A stretch of 43,894 nucleotides of DNA. It comes from Sphingobacteriales bacterium. Its GTDB lineage: Bacteria; Bacteroidota; Bacteroidia; Chitinophagales; JADIYW01. A program made the translations under genes and the position numbers. The first letter of the stretch is position 1. Each line of letters begins with the position of its first letter. The DNA lies in contig JANNVS010000237.1 of NCBI GenBank assembly GCA_031414515.1, positions 1-43,894 on the forward strand, given 5' to 3'. Below are positions 15,675 to 24,805 of the stretch, in pieces. A model generated the notes under the pieces. The model made no database searches and was not told the DNA's origin. It was given only the letters and a program-made list of their open reading frames with translations.

Positions 15675-16892
15675 ATGGTCATTGCCTGTATAGACTTTTC
15701 AAATGATGGACATCGATTGTATTTGATGCGTTCTGTAATAAAAGCTATTCTCGAATCAGGCCATACCGCTATTTGTGTTACAAATGATACGGATGAAATA
15801 AAAATATGGATAGATGAATTTTGCACAGAACATCGTCATCATGCAATTTATTATACCTATAATTATAAGCAACCAAGTGGTACAAAATGGAATATACACT
15901 TGAATGATATTTTAATTGCGTTGCAGTACTGGAAACAGTACCATTCCATTTTAAAAAATATTGAAAAAGGAAATCAATTAAAAATAGATGCCGTTTTAAT
16001 TAATTATATTGATGTATTTCTTTCCTGTAAGATGCCGCTGTTTTTGCAAAAAAAATTCTTTCACTATCGCTGGGCTGGATTATATATTCATACCAGATAT
16101 TTAAGAATGTTTAAACACCTTGGTGTTCAAACAAAGAAAGCCAGAATAACAGATATCGATTATTTATTTAAATCCGATAAATGTATAGGTGTTGGTGTTT
16201 TTGATGCTGGCACTCATCAGGCATTAGCTTATCGGTTGGACAAAAAAGTCACATTGATTCCAGACACATCAGATGTTTCTACAGATACTAAAACGTACGC
16301 TTTAGCGGATGAAATTAAACTAGCAGCAAAAGGCAGACTAATTATTGGCACAATTGGCATAAGCGCTTTTATGGGTGTTGTTGATTTAATAAAGTTAGCG
16401 ATTTCAAGTGCAGACAAAGACTATTTCTTTGTTTTTTGCGGCTCATTTGATCCTACTTCTTATGATACTATTTCCAATGATATAGACAAGGAATTATTAA
16501 GAAAATTTAGAGAAAACCCAACCAAAAATTGCATATGGAAAGAAGGATATTTAGAAAATGAATTTGAATACAATGCCGTTTTTAAAGCTTTTGATATAGT
16601 CTATATGATGTATCCAAATCATTTCACTTCCAGTAATCGCTTAACAAAAGCAGCCTTTTTTAATAAACTGGTTCTCGCTTCTAATCAGCATTGTGTAGGT
16701 GAAAATGTAATGAACTATAAATTAGGTGAAGTAGCAGCATCTGGAAACATAACCCAACAGCTAGAAAAATTAGATGCATTATATCAAAAAATAAAATCGG
16801 AAAGCTATCCTATAGAAGAATGGAAGAAATATTATTCCTTGAATAATGAACCTTTGCTACAAAAACAACTAAAATCATTACTCAACATTTGA
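15675..16892 (+). CDS. Hypothetical protein; divergent GT-B-like (two Rossmann halves) glycosyltransferase suspected
   Basis: 405 aa and a confident ORF with no canonical motif. The layout (N-terminal IACIDFSNDGHRLY, mid GRLIIGTIGISAFMGVVDLIKLA, C-terminal FDIVYMMYPNHFTSSNRLTKAAFFNKLVLAS) resembles GT-B donor-binding halves. The functional call is weak. Confidence 0.3.
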   Translation: MVIACIDFSNDGHRLYLMRSVIKAILESGHTAICVTNDTDEIKIWIDEFCTEHRHHAIYYTYNYKQPSGTKWNIHLNDILIALQYWKQYHSILKNIEKGNQLKIDAVLINYIDVFLSCKMPLFLQKKFFHYRWAGLYIHTRYLRMFKHLGVQTKKARITDIDYLFKSDKCIGVGVFDAGTHQALAYRLDKKVTLIPDTSDVSTDTKTYALADEIKLAAKGRLIIGTIGISAFMGVVDLIKLAISSADKDYFFVFCGSFDPTSYDTISNDIDKELLRKFRENPTKNCIWKEGYLENEFEYNAVFKAFDIVYMMYPNHFTSSNRLTKAAFFNKLVLASNQHCVGENVMNYKLGEVAASGNITQQLEKLDALYQKIKSESYPIEEWKKYYSLNNEPLLQKQLKSLLNI

Positions 16893-16922
16893 AACAATAG
16901 TTGTATTTTTAATGTCTCAAAC

Positions 16923-17990
16923 ATGAATAAAAATATTTTAATTACAGGTGGTGCAGGTTTTGTAGGCTCTTCTATGGCTTTACAATTAAAAGCAAAATAT
17001 CCTGTCAGCGAAATTTATGTGTTGGATAATTTAAAACGACGTGGTTCTGAATTAAATATTCCAAGATTAAAAGCTGCCAATATTCATTTTATTCATGGTG
17101 ACATTCGAAATAAAGAAGACTTTGACGGATTGCCTAAAATCGATTGTATTTTGGAAGCTAGTGCCGAACCATCTGTATTAGCAGGAATTGACAACACACC
17201 TGATTATCTAATTAATACTAATTTATCAGGCACTATTAATTGCTTAAACTTTGCTACAAAAAATAAATCAGACTTTATTTTTCTTTCTACTTCCAGAATT
17301 TACCCAATAGAACGAATTGAAAGTATCGCTTTTGAAGAAACAAAAACTCGTTTTAAAATTTCTGAAAAACAAAATTTTAGTGGCATCACTAAGGATGGAT
17401 TAAGTGAGACATTTCCATTAGATGGTTACCGGTCTTTATATGGAACCACAAAACTTGCTTCCGAGTTATTTGTTCAGGAATATAAACAATATTATGGATT
17501 GAAAACAGTCATCAACCGTTGTGGCGTTTTGACTGGTCCGTGGCAAATGGGAAAGATTGACCAAGGTGTTGTCGTGCTTTGGATGGCGAAACATTTCTGG
17601 AAACAAGCGCTTAGTTATATTGGTTATGGTGGTGAAGGAAAACAAGTACGCGATATGTTGCACACCGATGATTTATTCAGATTAATCGATTGGCAAATAA
17701 ATCATTTAGATGAAATCAATGGTGAAATATTTAATGTTGGTGGTGGAAAAGATATAAGCTTATCACTACAAGAAATGACCATCCTTTGTGAGAAAATTAC
17801 TGGCAATAAAATTACAATTAAAAATATACCAGAAAATCGAATTGCAGATATTCGTATTTATATTACTGACAATGCCAAAGTAATGGAGAAAACTGGATGG
17901 AAACCAACTATTTTGCCAGAACAAATTTTCAATGAAATATATACCTGGATAAAAGAAAATGAACATCAGCTGGAAAGCATCTTAAAGTAA
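16923..17990 (+). CDS. NAD-dependent epimerase/dehydratase (extended SDR), CDP-paratose 2-epimerase-like
   Basis: Cofactor loop ILITGGAGFVGSS, catalytic YGTTKLASE (YxxxK), 355 aa. Confidence 0.75.
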   Translation: MNKNILITGGAGFVGSSMALQLKAKYPVSEIYVLDNLKRRGSELNIPRLKAANIHFIHGDIRNKEDFDGLPKIDCILEASAEPSVLAGIDNTPDYLINTNLSGTINCLNFATKNKSDFIFLSTSRIYPIERIESIAFEETKTRFKISEKQNFSGITKDGLSETFPLDGYRSLYGTTKLASELFVQEYKQYYGLKTVINRCGVLTGPWQMGKIDQGVVVLWMAKHFWKQALSYIGYGGEGKQVRDMLHTDDLFRLIDWQINHLDEINGEIFNVGGGKDISLSLQEMTILCEKITGNKITIKNIPENRIADIRIYITDNAKVMEKTGWKPTILPEQIFNEIYTWIKENEHQLESILK

Positions 17991-17999
17991 AGAGTGTAC

Positions 18000-18734
18000 A
18001 TGAATTTAAGTATAGTTATACCAGCATACAACGAAGAAGAAAGTTTACCCGAAACTTTAACCACCATTTATGCAACGCTTTTAAAAGAGAATATTACGCA
18101 TGAAATTTTAGTGACAAACGATAATTCAAAAGATAATACGTTAAAAGTTTTAGAAGAATTACAAAAAAAAATTCCAACGTTAATCTATTATACAAATCCA
18201 GGGCCAAATGGATTTGGCTATGCCGTTCGTTATGGATTAGATCGTTTCTGTGGAGATTACGTTGCGGTCATGATGGCTGATTTATCTGACGATCCGAATG
18301 ATTTAGTGAGATTTTACCGTAAGGCTATTGAAGGGAATTATGATTGTGTGTTTGGTACACGATGGAATGATGGTGCAAAAGTAATTGATTACCCAATTCT
18401 TAAAAGAAGGATTAACCGTTTAGCAAATTTTATTGTTAAATTAATTTTTCGTTTAAAATATAACGATTGCACCAACGCATTCAAATTGTACAAAAGAGAA
18501 ACTATTGATGGTTTAAAACCTTTTCTCTCACCTCATTTTAATCTGACATTAGAGTTACCATTAAAAGCAATTGTTCGTGGCTACAGCTATGCTGTATTGC
18601 CTAATTCGTGGACAAATAGAAAATATGGAGAATCAAAATTAAAGATTAAAGAAATGGGTAGCCGATACTTTTTTATTTTAATGTATTGCTGGATTGAGAA
18701 ACAGTTTGCAAGAGGTGATTTTAGAAAAAAATAA
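18000..18734 (+). CDS. GT2 polyprenyl-phosphate glycosyltransferase (DPM1 / GtrB / ArnC-like), short form without C-terminal TM helices
   Basis: LSIVIPAYNEEESL, ILVTNDNSKDNT, VAVMMADLSDDPNDL and VFGTRW match the dolichyl/undecaprenyl-phosphate sugar synthase pattern. I prefer the ATG at 18000; the GTG at 17994 is possible. Confidence 0.7.
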   Translation: MNLSIVIPAYNEEESLPETLTTIYATLLKENITHEILVTNDNSKDNTLKVLEELQKKIPTLIYYTNPGPNGFGYAVRYGLDRFCGDYVAVMMADLSDDPNDLVRFYRKAIEGNYDCVFGTRWNDGAKVIDYPILKRRINRLANFIVKLIFRLKYNDCTNAFKLYKRETIDGLKPFLSPHFNLTLELPLKAIVRGYSYAVLPNSWTNRKYGESKLKIKEMGSRYFFILMYCWIEKQFARGDFRKK

Positions 18735-18766
18735 ATTATTTTTTTCTAAACAATAAAAAAGCACTA

Positions 18767-19864
18767 TCAATATTTATTTAGCACATCAATTACGTGATTT
18801 ACCTCTTCCTCCGTTAACTCAGCATACATAGGCAGACTGATACTATGCGCTGCCAAATATTCCGAATTTGGAAAATCTCCTTTCTTATAGCCTAAATTTA
18901 TATATGCCTTTTGAAGATGACAAGGCACAGGATAATGAAACGCCGGTATAATATCATTATCGATAAGATGTTTACAGAAACTATCTTTATCTTTTGTTGT
19001 TACTACAAATAAATGAAATATAGAGTCTGCAAAATCGGGTTGCTTTTGCATTTTTATTTTATCATTTCTTATTTCAGATATATACCTGTTTGCAATGGCA
19101 CGTCTTATATTATTCCAACTCTCTAAATATCGTAACTTAACCGTTAAAGAGGCAGCCTCAAGACCACCCATTCTATAATTATATCCAACTTCGTCATGGT
19201 AATATCGAACGGTCATTCCTTGATTTCTGAGGCGTTGAATATGTGTTGAATAAATTTCCTTATTGGTTGTGATGCCGCCAGCTTCTCCACAAGCTCCAAG
19301 GTTTTTTCCTGGATAAAAACTAAAACAAGCCATCTCTCCAAAACCACCGACCATTTTCCCTTTATAACGAGCGCCTTGCGCTTGCGCTGCATCTTCTATC
19401 AGGAATAAATTGTGTTTTTTGCAAATAGGAATTAATGAATCAATATCAAAAGGTTGTCCGTATAAATGAACTCCAATTATAGCCTTTGTTTTGGATGTAA
19501 TTTTTTCTTCAATTTTTGATGCATCAATTTCCCAGGTGTCTGCAGTACAATCCACAAAAATTGGTGTTGCTCCAGCATGAGAAATTCCCCAAGCAGTCGC
19601 TATAAATGTATTTGCTGGTAGTATGACTTCATCGCCAACGCCGATACCTAAGGCTAACATGGCAAGATGCAATGCTGTTGTGCCATTGCTAACACCTAAT
19701 GCATATTTTACATCTGAATATTCAGCATACTTTTTTTCAAATACTTCTACAAAATGACCGCCTGAAAATGCAGTTTTTTCGTATACCTCTTCAAATAAGG
19801 CAAACACTTCTGCTTTAACTTGCTGATGTTGTTTTTTTAAATCTAAGCAAGGTATTTTTTCCAT
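18767..19864 (-). CDS. DegT/DnrJ/EryC1/StrS-family PLP aminotransferase (NDP-3-keto/4-keto-sugar aminotransferase, FdtB/QdtB/WbpE-like)
   Basis: 365 aa. GVSNGTTALHLAMLALG, FSFYPGKNLGACGEAGGITT, LRNQG..VRYYHDEVGYNYRMGGLEAA. Confidence 0.85.
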   Translation of the reverse strand: MEKIPCLDLKKQHQQVKAEVFALFEEVYEKTAFSGGHFVEVFEKKYAEYSDVKYALGVSNGTTALHLAMLALGIGVGDEVILPANTFIATAWGISHAGATPIFVDCTADTWEIDASKIEEKITSKTKAIIGVHLYGQPFDIDSLIPICKKHNLFLIEDAAQAQGARYKGKMVGGFGEMACFSFYPGKNLGACGEAGGITTNKEIYSTHIQRLRNQGMTVRYYHDEVGYNYRMGGLEAASLTVKLRYLESWNNIRRAIANRYISEIRNDKIKMQKQPDFADSIFHLFVVTTKDKDSFCKHLIDNDIIPAFHYPVPCHLQKAYINLGYKKGDFPNSEYLAAHSISLPMYAELTEEEVNHVIDVLNKY

Positions 19865-19866
19865 TA

Positions 19867-20745
19867 TTAAACGACTGCTTTAATTTTTCCTATATACTGA
19901 AAATTGTTTCCCCAAAATGAAAATATTTTACTCATTTTTACAGAAAAAGTAGCAATGCCGTACATTGCTTTTTTCATAAGTGTATCACAATCATTATAAT
20001 TTGATGGAAAAGGCCAATTACTTTCTTCAATCTTGAAATAAAGAGTTTCTAAGCCAATATTTTTAAAAAATTCTTCTTGATTCTTTCGGTTAGAATATAA
20101 TATATGTGTTGGAACATGTGATGCTTTTTTCCTAAATAAGTATTTGCGAATAAAAAATAAAGTTTTCCGTACAAGCTGTGTCAGATTAAAATTATTTTCA
20201 ATAGGTCCTTCTAATACAAAAATGCCATTCAGATTCAATTTATTTTTCAGCATCAACATAACTTCTTTCGGATTGGTTAGATGTTCCAACACATTACTTA
20301 AAAAGATAATATCGTATTTTATATCCTTTTTAAGAAAATCATCAATCGTTAAAAAGGTCGCTTTAGAAAAAGTTTTTGACAAATTTGCAACTAGATCTGG
20401 ATTGTATTCTGTACCTGTTACCTCAAATCCTTTGTCTATTGCTTCTACTACAAATCTTCCGCCACCGCAACCATAATCCAGGACACTTTTAAAATTTCCT
20501 GCGGCAGCGATTTTATCAAATAATAAATCATATAAACCAAAAGCATTACCAGAAAGTTCTCCCTGATATTCTACGGGATACATTTTAGTGATATCATCCA
20601 TATTGGGTAATGGATGAATAAAAATTAAGTCACATTGTGTACATTGTATATATTCAAATGTTTTATGGTTAAAAACCGTATCTTCAAATGGTGTCGAAGA
20701 AGTTTTAGTGTTTCCACAAAACAAACAAATTGGAAGATTATTCAT
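19867..20745 (-). CDS. Class I SAM-dependent methyltransferase with N-terminal CxxC...CxxC zinc-ribbon-like segment
   Basis: ICLFCGN ... YIQCTQCDL gives four Cys residues. Motif I is VLDYGCGGGRF, followed by YDIIFLSNVLEHLTNPKEVM and GIFVLEGP. Confidence 0.75.
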   Translation of the reverse strand: MNNLPICLFCGNTKTSSTPFEDTVFNHKTFEYIQCTQCDLIFIHPLPNMDDITKMYPVEYQGELSGNAFGLYDLLFDKIAAAGNFKSVLDYGCGGGRFVVEAIDKGFEVTGTEYNPDLVANLSKTFSKATFLTIDDFLKKDIKYDIIFLSNVLEHLTNPKEVMLMLKNKLNLNGIFVLEGPIENNFNLTQLVRKTLFFIRKYLFRKKASHVPTHILYSNRKNQEEFFKNIGLETLYFKIEESNWPFPSNYNDCDTLMKKAMYGIATFSVKMSKIFSFWGNNFQYIGKIKAVV

Positions 20746-20761
20746 TGTATGCTATTAGAAA

Positions 20762-20769
20762 CAAAGATA
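20762..20769 (-). promoter_or_regulatory. Bacteroidota -7 promoter box (TATCTTTG on minus strand) for the methyltransferase/aminotransferase pair
   Basis: The plus strand reads CAAAGATA, 16 nt upstream of the ATG at 20745. Confidence 0.45.
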
Positions 20770-20816
20770 AAAATTACTTGGTTATTTTCTGAATAACTTT
20801 ATCCTTAGATATTTCT

Positions 20817-20824
20817 TATTTTTG
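20817..20824 (+). promoter_or_regulatory. Bacteroidota -7 promoter box (TATTTTTG) for the 20837-27895 glycosyltransferase operon
   Basis: Exact TAnnTTTG match, 12 nt upstream of the ATG at 20837. Confidence 0.45.
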
Positions 20825-20836
20825 ACGACTATCTGA

Positions 20837-21814
20837 ATGAAAAAAATTTCAATCATAACGCCTTCTTTCAATCAGGGACAGTTTCTGGAACAAACCATTG
20901 ATTCTGTTCTAAGTCAGCAATATCCAAATCTGGAATATATAATTATAGATGGTGGCAGCAATGACAACTCTGTAGAAATTATTAAAAAATACGAGAAACA
21001 TCTGCACTTTTGGAAAAGCGAAAAAGATAGTGGACAAAGTGAAGCAATTAACAAAGGCTTGAAAATTGCAAGCGGTGACATTGTAAACTGGTTGAACAGT
21101 GATGATTATTATACATCGGATGCACTTATAAGAGTTGCCAAATATTTTGAAAATGAAAATACATTGGTAGTTGCAGGAAAGAGTAATATTTGGAAAAACA
21201 ACATGATTAGTTTACAAACACCTGGAACAGATATTTATGATTCATTAGAGAAAACAATTGGATTTACACGCATTGATCAGCCCGAAACCTTTTTTAGTAA
21301 AAGAGCTATTGAAAAAATGGGGCTCTTAAATCCTAATTTACATTATGTAATGGATAGAGAGTGGTGGATTCGATATCTATTGATTTTTGGATTAAGTAAT
21401 ATAAAAAAAACCGACGATATACTGGTAAATTTCAGAATTCACGAGCATTCTAAAACCAGTAATTTTCAGGACGCATTTCAGAAGGAAAACTGGAATGTTT
21501 ATTATACACTTGCAAAAAATGGTAATTTAGAAGAATCGGATATATTTAAAGGGCAATTTGATGTCGAAATGGTTCAGGATTTAAAATACCCTTTTGAAAT
21601 AGATAATGAAATTATGAAAAAATCAATTCATTATTTTTGGTTGTTGCAAGCAAAACTATTTTATGCTCAAAATAAATATGAAATGGCAAACCGTTTTCTT
21701 CAAATTATTCAGCCTGACTTATTGATTGCTGCGGACAAGAAAGAATGGCAAAAAATTAAGACACGTATCCGATTTTTACCCGTTTTTTTAAAAAAAAGAT
21801 TAAATAAAATCTGA
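20837..21814 (+). CDS. Glycosyltransferase family 2
   Basis: ISIITPSFNQGQFLEQTIDSVLSQQYPNLEYIIIDGGSNDNS and the NSDD acidic motif. Confidence 0.85.
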   Translation: MKKISIITPSFNQGQFLEQTIDSVLSQQYPNLEYIIIDGGSNDNSVEIIKKYEKHLHFWKSEKDSGQSEAINKGLKIASGDIVNWLNSDDYYTSDALIRVAKYFENENTLVVAGKSNIWKNNMISLQTPGTDIYDSLEKTIGFTRIDQPETFFSKRAIEKMGLLNPNLHYVMDREWWIRYLLIFGLSNIKKTDDILVNFRIHEHSKTSNFQDAFQKENWNVYYTLAKNGNLEESDIFKGQFDVEMVQDLKYPFEIDNEIMKKSIHYFWLLQAKLFYAQNKYEMANRFLQIIQPDLLIAADKKEWQKIKTRIRFLPVFLKKRLNKI

Positions 21815-21815
21815 T

Positions 21816-22718
21816 ATGATAAGCATTATAATGCCAACATATAACCGATTTGAAATTGCTCGGGAATCTATTGAGAAAATTATTTCTTTATCAACTGAAA
21901 TACCCTTTGAATTAATTGTGGTGAATGATGGTGACGGATTACCATTTACAATAAATCATGCAACATTATCTTTATGGCAAAATCCGAAAAAAGGAGCCAG
22001 TGCGGCTCGAAATTTTGGAGCTTCAAAAGCTAAATACGATATTTTATTTTTTATTGATGATGATATGTGGATTACGGCTGAAAGCTTAATGGCAATTGAC
22101 AGTTTGAACCAGTCTGGTTTCTTTAAATCAAATTGTATGGTATTAAACTGGAAATATCCGGATGTATTAATAGAACAAATGAACCAACAAAAAATTGGCC
22201 GATATTTGTTGCATGCTAACTACCAGACGCTGGAAGGAAGGCTTAAACGAACCATAAATATAAATGAGCCTCTGATGCGCATTAAATCAATCGGAAGCGG
22301 TTCGTTTGCAATGAACAAATTTTTGTTTCAATCTGTTGGAGAATATGATGAAACTATAGTATTTCAAGGAGAAGATATCGATTTATCTTTAAAATTAAAC
22401 AGACAAAAAATCGATGCTTTTTTATATACGAAAATAACCTGTTTTCACAATCAAAAAGACCGATTAGATATTGATGGATTATTAGACAGAGACAAACGTG
22501 GATTTGAATCACAATTCAAAATCATGAAAATAAAAAAGGAAATACATAAAGTTCATCCTTATAAAAAAATCCTTTTTAATAGTTTGATTCCCTTTTTTCC
22601 TCTCTTAAAATTTATATTTACTGCGCTGCCAAATACCAAATTAATTGACACAATAAGCTTTAGGTTAATTGGCATACTGTCCTCAATAACATATTTTAAA
22701 GCACTAAGAAATGCCTGA
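21816..22718 (+). CDS. Glycosyltransferase family 2
   Basis: ISIIMPTYNRFEIARESIEKI, LIVVNDGDG, ARNFGASKAKYDILFFIDDDMW. The start is 1 nt after the upstream stop. Confidence 0.8.
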   Translation: MISIIMPTYNRFEIARESIEKIISLSTEIPFELIVVNDGDGLPFTINHATLSLWQNPKKGASAARNFGASKAKYDILFFIDDDMWITAESLMAIDSLNQSGFFKSNCMVLNWKYPDVLIEQMNQQKIGRYLLHANYQTLEGRLKRTININEPLMRIKSIGSGSFAMNKFLFQSVGEYDETIVFQGEDIDLSLKLNRQKIDAFLYTKITCFHNQKDRLDIDGLLDRDKRGFESQFKIMKIKKEIHKVHPYKKILFNSLIPFFPLLKFIFTALPNTKLIDTISFRLIGILSSITYFKALRNA

Positions 22719-23838
22719 GAAAAAAATAAAAATCACATATATTTTATTTGAACTTAATAAGGCACTAGCTTTTGAATGGATTGCTGAGCATATAGATCAT
22801 CAAAAATTTGAGCTTTCTTTTATTTCTATTTTTGTAAATGAAAATTCATTTTTTGAAAAATTCTGTTTAGAAAGAAAAATAGAATTCCACCGTGTTGAAT
22901 ATTTCTCAAAAAGAAGCATTCCTTCTGCCACTTTCCAAACATATAGAATTTTAAAAAAAATAAACCCAGATGCCGTTCACTGTCATATTTTTGAAGCCAA
23001 TATTATCGGTTTAACAGCAGCATTTTTTGCTGGTATAAAAAAAAGAATTTTTACACGACATCATTCATCATATCATCACGCCACCGCAACAAATGGAATA
23101 AAATACGACAAGTATTGCAATAAAATAGCAACACATATTATTGCCATTAGTAATAATGTAAAAGATATTCTAGTAACTATCGAAGAGGTTCCTGAAAATA
23201 AAATCACACTAATTCATCATGGTTTTGATTTGCCATTATTTTATACCATCTCACCAGAACGATTATCTGTGGTAGAAAAAAAATATAATCCAACTCAAAA
23301 ACACCCTGTTATAGGTTTGGTTTCAAGATATACAAAATGGAAGGGCTTGAATTATGCAATTGATGCATTTAAAAAAATCTTACAAAAATATCCAAATGCA
23401 TTACTTGTTTTAGCGAATGCAAAAGGACAAGATTTGGATGCCATTAAAACTCAATTGAGCGAATTACCATCAGACTCTTTTATAGAAATTGTTTTTGAAG
23501 AAGACAACGGCGCATTATTTAAATTATTTGATGTCTTTATTCATGTTCCAATTGATGCTGAAAGTGAGGCATTTGGGCAGACCTACATCGAAGCATTGGC
23601 GGTTGGTGTTCCTAGTATTTTCACACTTTCAGGAGTTGCATGCGAATTTATTATAGATAAAAGAAACGCACTAGTTGTTGATTATCAAAATTCGGAACAA
23701 ATTTTTCTTGCTGCAAACAACATATTAACAGACAAAGCACTAAATTATAATTTATTCATCAATGGCAGAAAGGATATAGAAAAATATTTTTCACTACCTT
23801 TGTTTATACAAAAATTAGAACAAATTTATTCGTTATAA
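22711..23838 (+). CDS. Glycosyltransferase family 4 (GT-B, group 1)
   Basis: FIHVPIDAESEAFGQTYIEALAVGVPSIFT is an E-x7-E region. It overlaps the upstream gene by 8 nt. Confidence 0.8.
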   Translation: MPEKKIKITYILFELNKALAFEWIAEHIDHQKFELSFISIFVNENSFFEKFCLERKIEFHRVEYFSKRSIPSATFQTYRILKKINPDAVHCHIFEANIIGLTAAFFAGIKKRIFTRHHSSYHHATATNGIKYDKYCNKIATHIIAISNNVKDILVTIEEVPENKITLIHHGFDLPLFYTISPERLSVVEKKYNPTQKHPVIGLVSRYTKWKGLNYAIDAFKKILQKYPNALLVLANAKGQDLDAIKTQLSELPSDSFIEIVFEEDNGALFKLFDVFIHVPIDAESEAFGQTYIEALAVGVPSIFTLSGVACEFIIDKRNALVVDYQNSEQIFLAANNILTDKALNYNLFINGRKDIEKYFSLPLFIQKLEQIYSL

Positions 23839-23839
23839 A

Positions 23840-24751
23840 ATGGAGAACCCAATTTTTTTCTCAATAGTCATTCCTGCTTATAATCGAGCTCATATGATTA
23901 TTAAAACGCTGGAATCTGCTTTTTTACAAACATATCCTCATTACGAAGTTATTTTGGTGGATGATGGAAGCACAGATAATACAGAAGAAATTATCAAAGA
24001 CATAAAAAATCCTAATTTTAGATATTATAAAAAGAAAAATGAAGAACGTGCAGTAGCACGCAACACGGGTTTTACTATTGCCAAAGGCAATTATGTCACA
24101 CTGTTAGATTCAGATGATTATCTTTATCCAAATCATTTGGAAGAAGCAAACAAATACATCGCTGCTAACAATTCTCCAGAAGTTATTCGTTTTAATTATG
24201 ATGTAGTAGATACCGAAAAAAATGTATTGCAGGTAGATAAAATGCCACCCTTGATTAATAATAAAATGGTGCATGGCAATTTTATGGGTTGCAGTGGTAT
24301 CATTTTACGTCGCGATATAGCAATAAAATATGCTTTCAATGGCGACAGAGAATTATCTGGTTCTGAAGATTATGAATTATGGTTACGCATTGCATCAAGA
24401 TTTAAAATACATACGCCAAATATTGTTACCTGTTCATTGCATTCTCACGATGAACGTAGTGTCATTTTTGATATTGAAGAAAAGTCTTTAGTGAAAAGAA
24501 TTGAATTACTCATTAAATATGCATTTGAAGACAAAGTCGTGCAAAAAATTTATGGCGTTAAAAAAAACGTATTCATTTCACATTGTTTATTATATGTTTC
24601 GTTACATTTGGCTATTGCAAAAATTAATAAATCGTCTATTAAATATTTGTACAAGGCGATATGTATGAATCCTTTGGTTTTTTTTGACAAACGATTTTTG
24701 GGAATTGTAAAAACGCTAATTAAAAGAAATACTTTGTCTTCTTTTAGTTAA
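23840..24751 (+). CDS. Glycosyltransferase family 2
   Basis: FSIVIPAYNRAHMIIKTLESAFLQTYPHYEVILVDDGSTDNT, ARNTGFTIAKGNYVTLLDSDDYL. Confidence 0.85.
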   Translation: MENPIFFSIVIPAYNRAHMIIKTLESAFLQTYPHYEVILVDDGSTDNTEEIIKDIKNPNFRYYKKKNEERAVARNTGFTIAKGNYVTLLDSDDYLYPNHLEEANKYIAANNSPEVIRFNYDVVDTEKNVLQVDKMPPLINNKMVHGNFMGCSGIILRRDIAIKYAFNGDRELSGSEDYELWLRIASRFKIHTPNIVTCSLHSHDERSVIFDIEEKSLVKRIELLIKYAFEDKVVQKIYGVKKNVFISHCLLYVSLHLAIAKINKSSIKYLYKAICMNPLVFFDKRFLGIVKTLIKRNTLSSFS

Positions 24752-24805
24752 GCAAAAAAAAATTGTAGAATTTTTTTATATAAATTATAAAATTACACAA
24801 TATTC

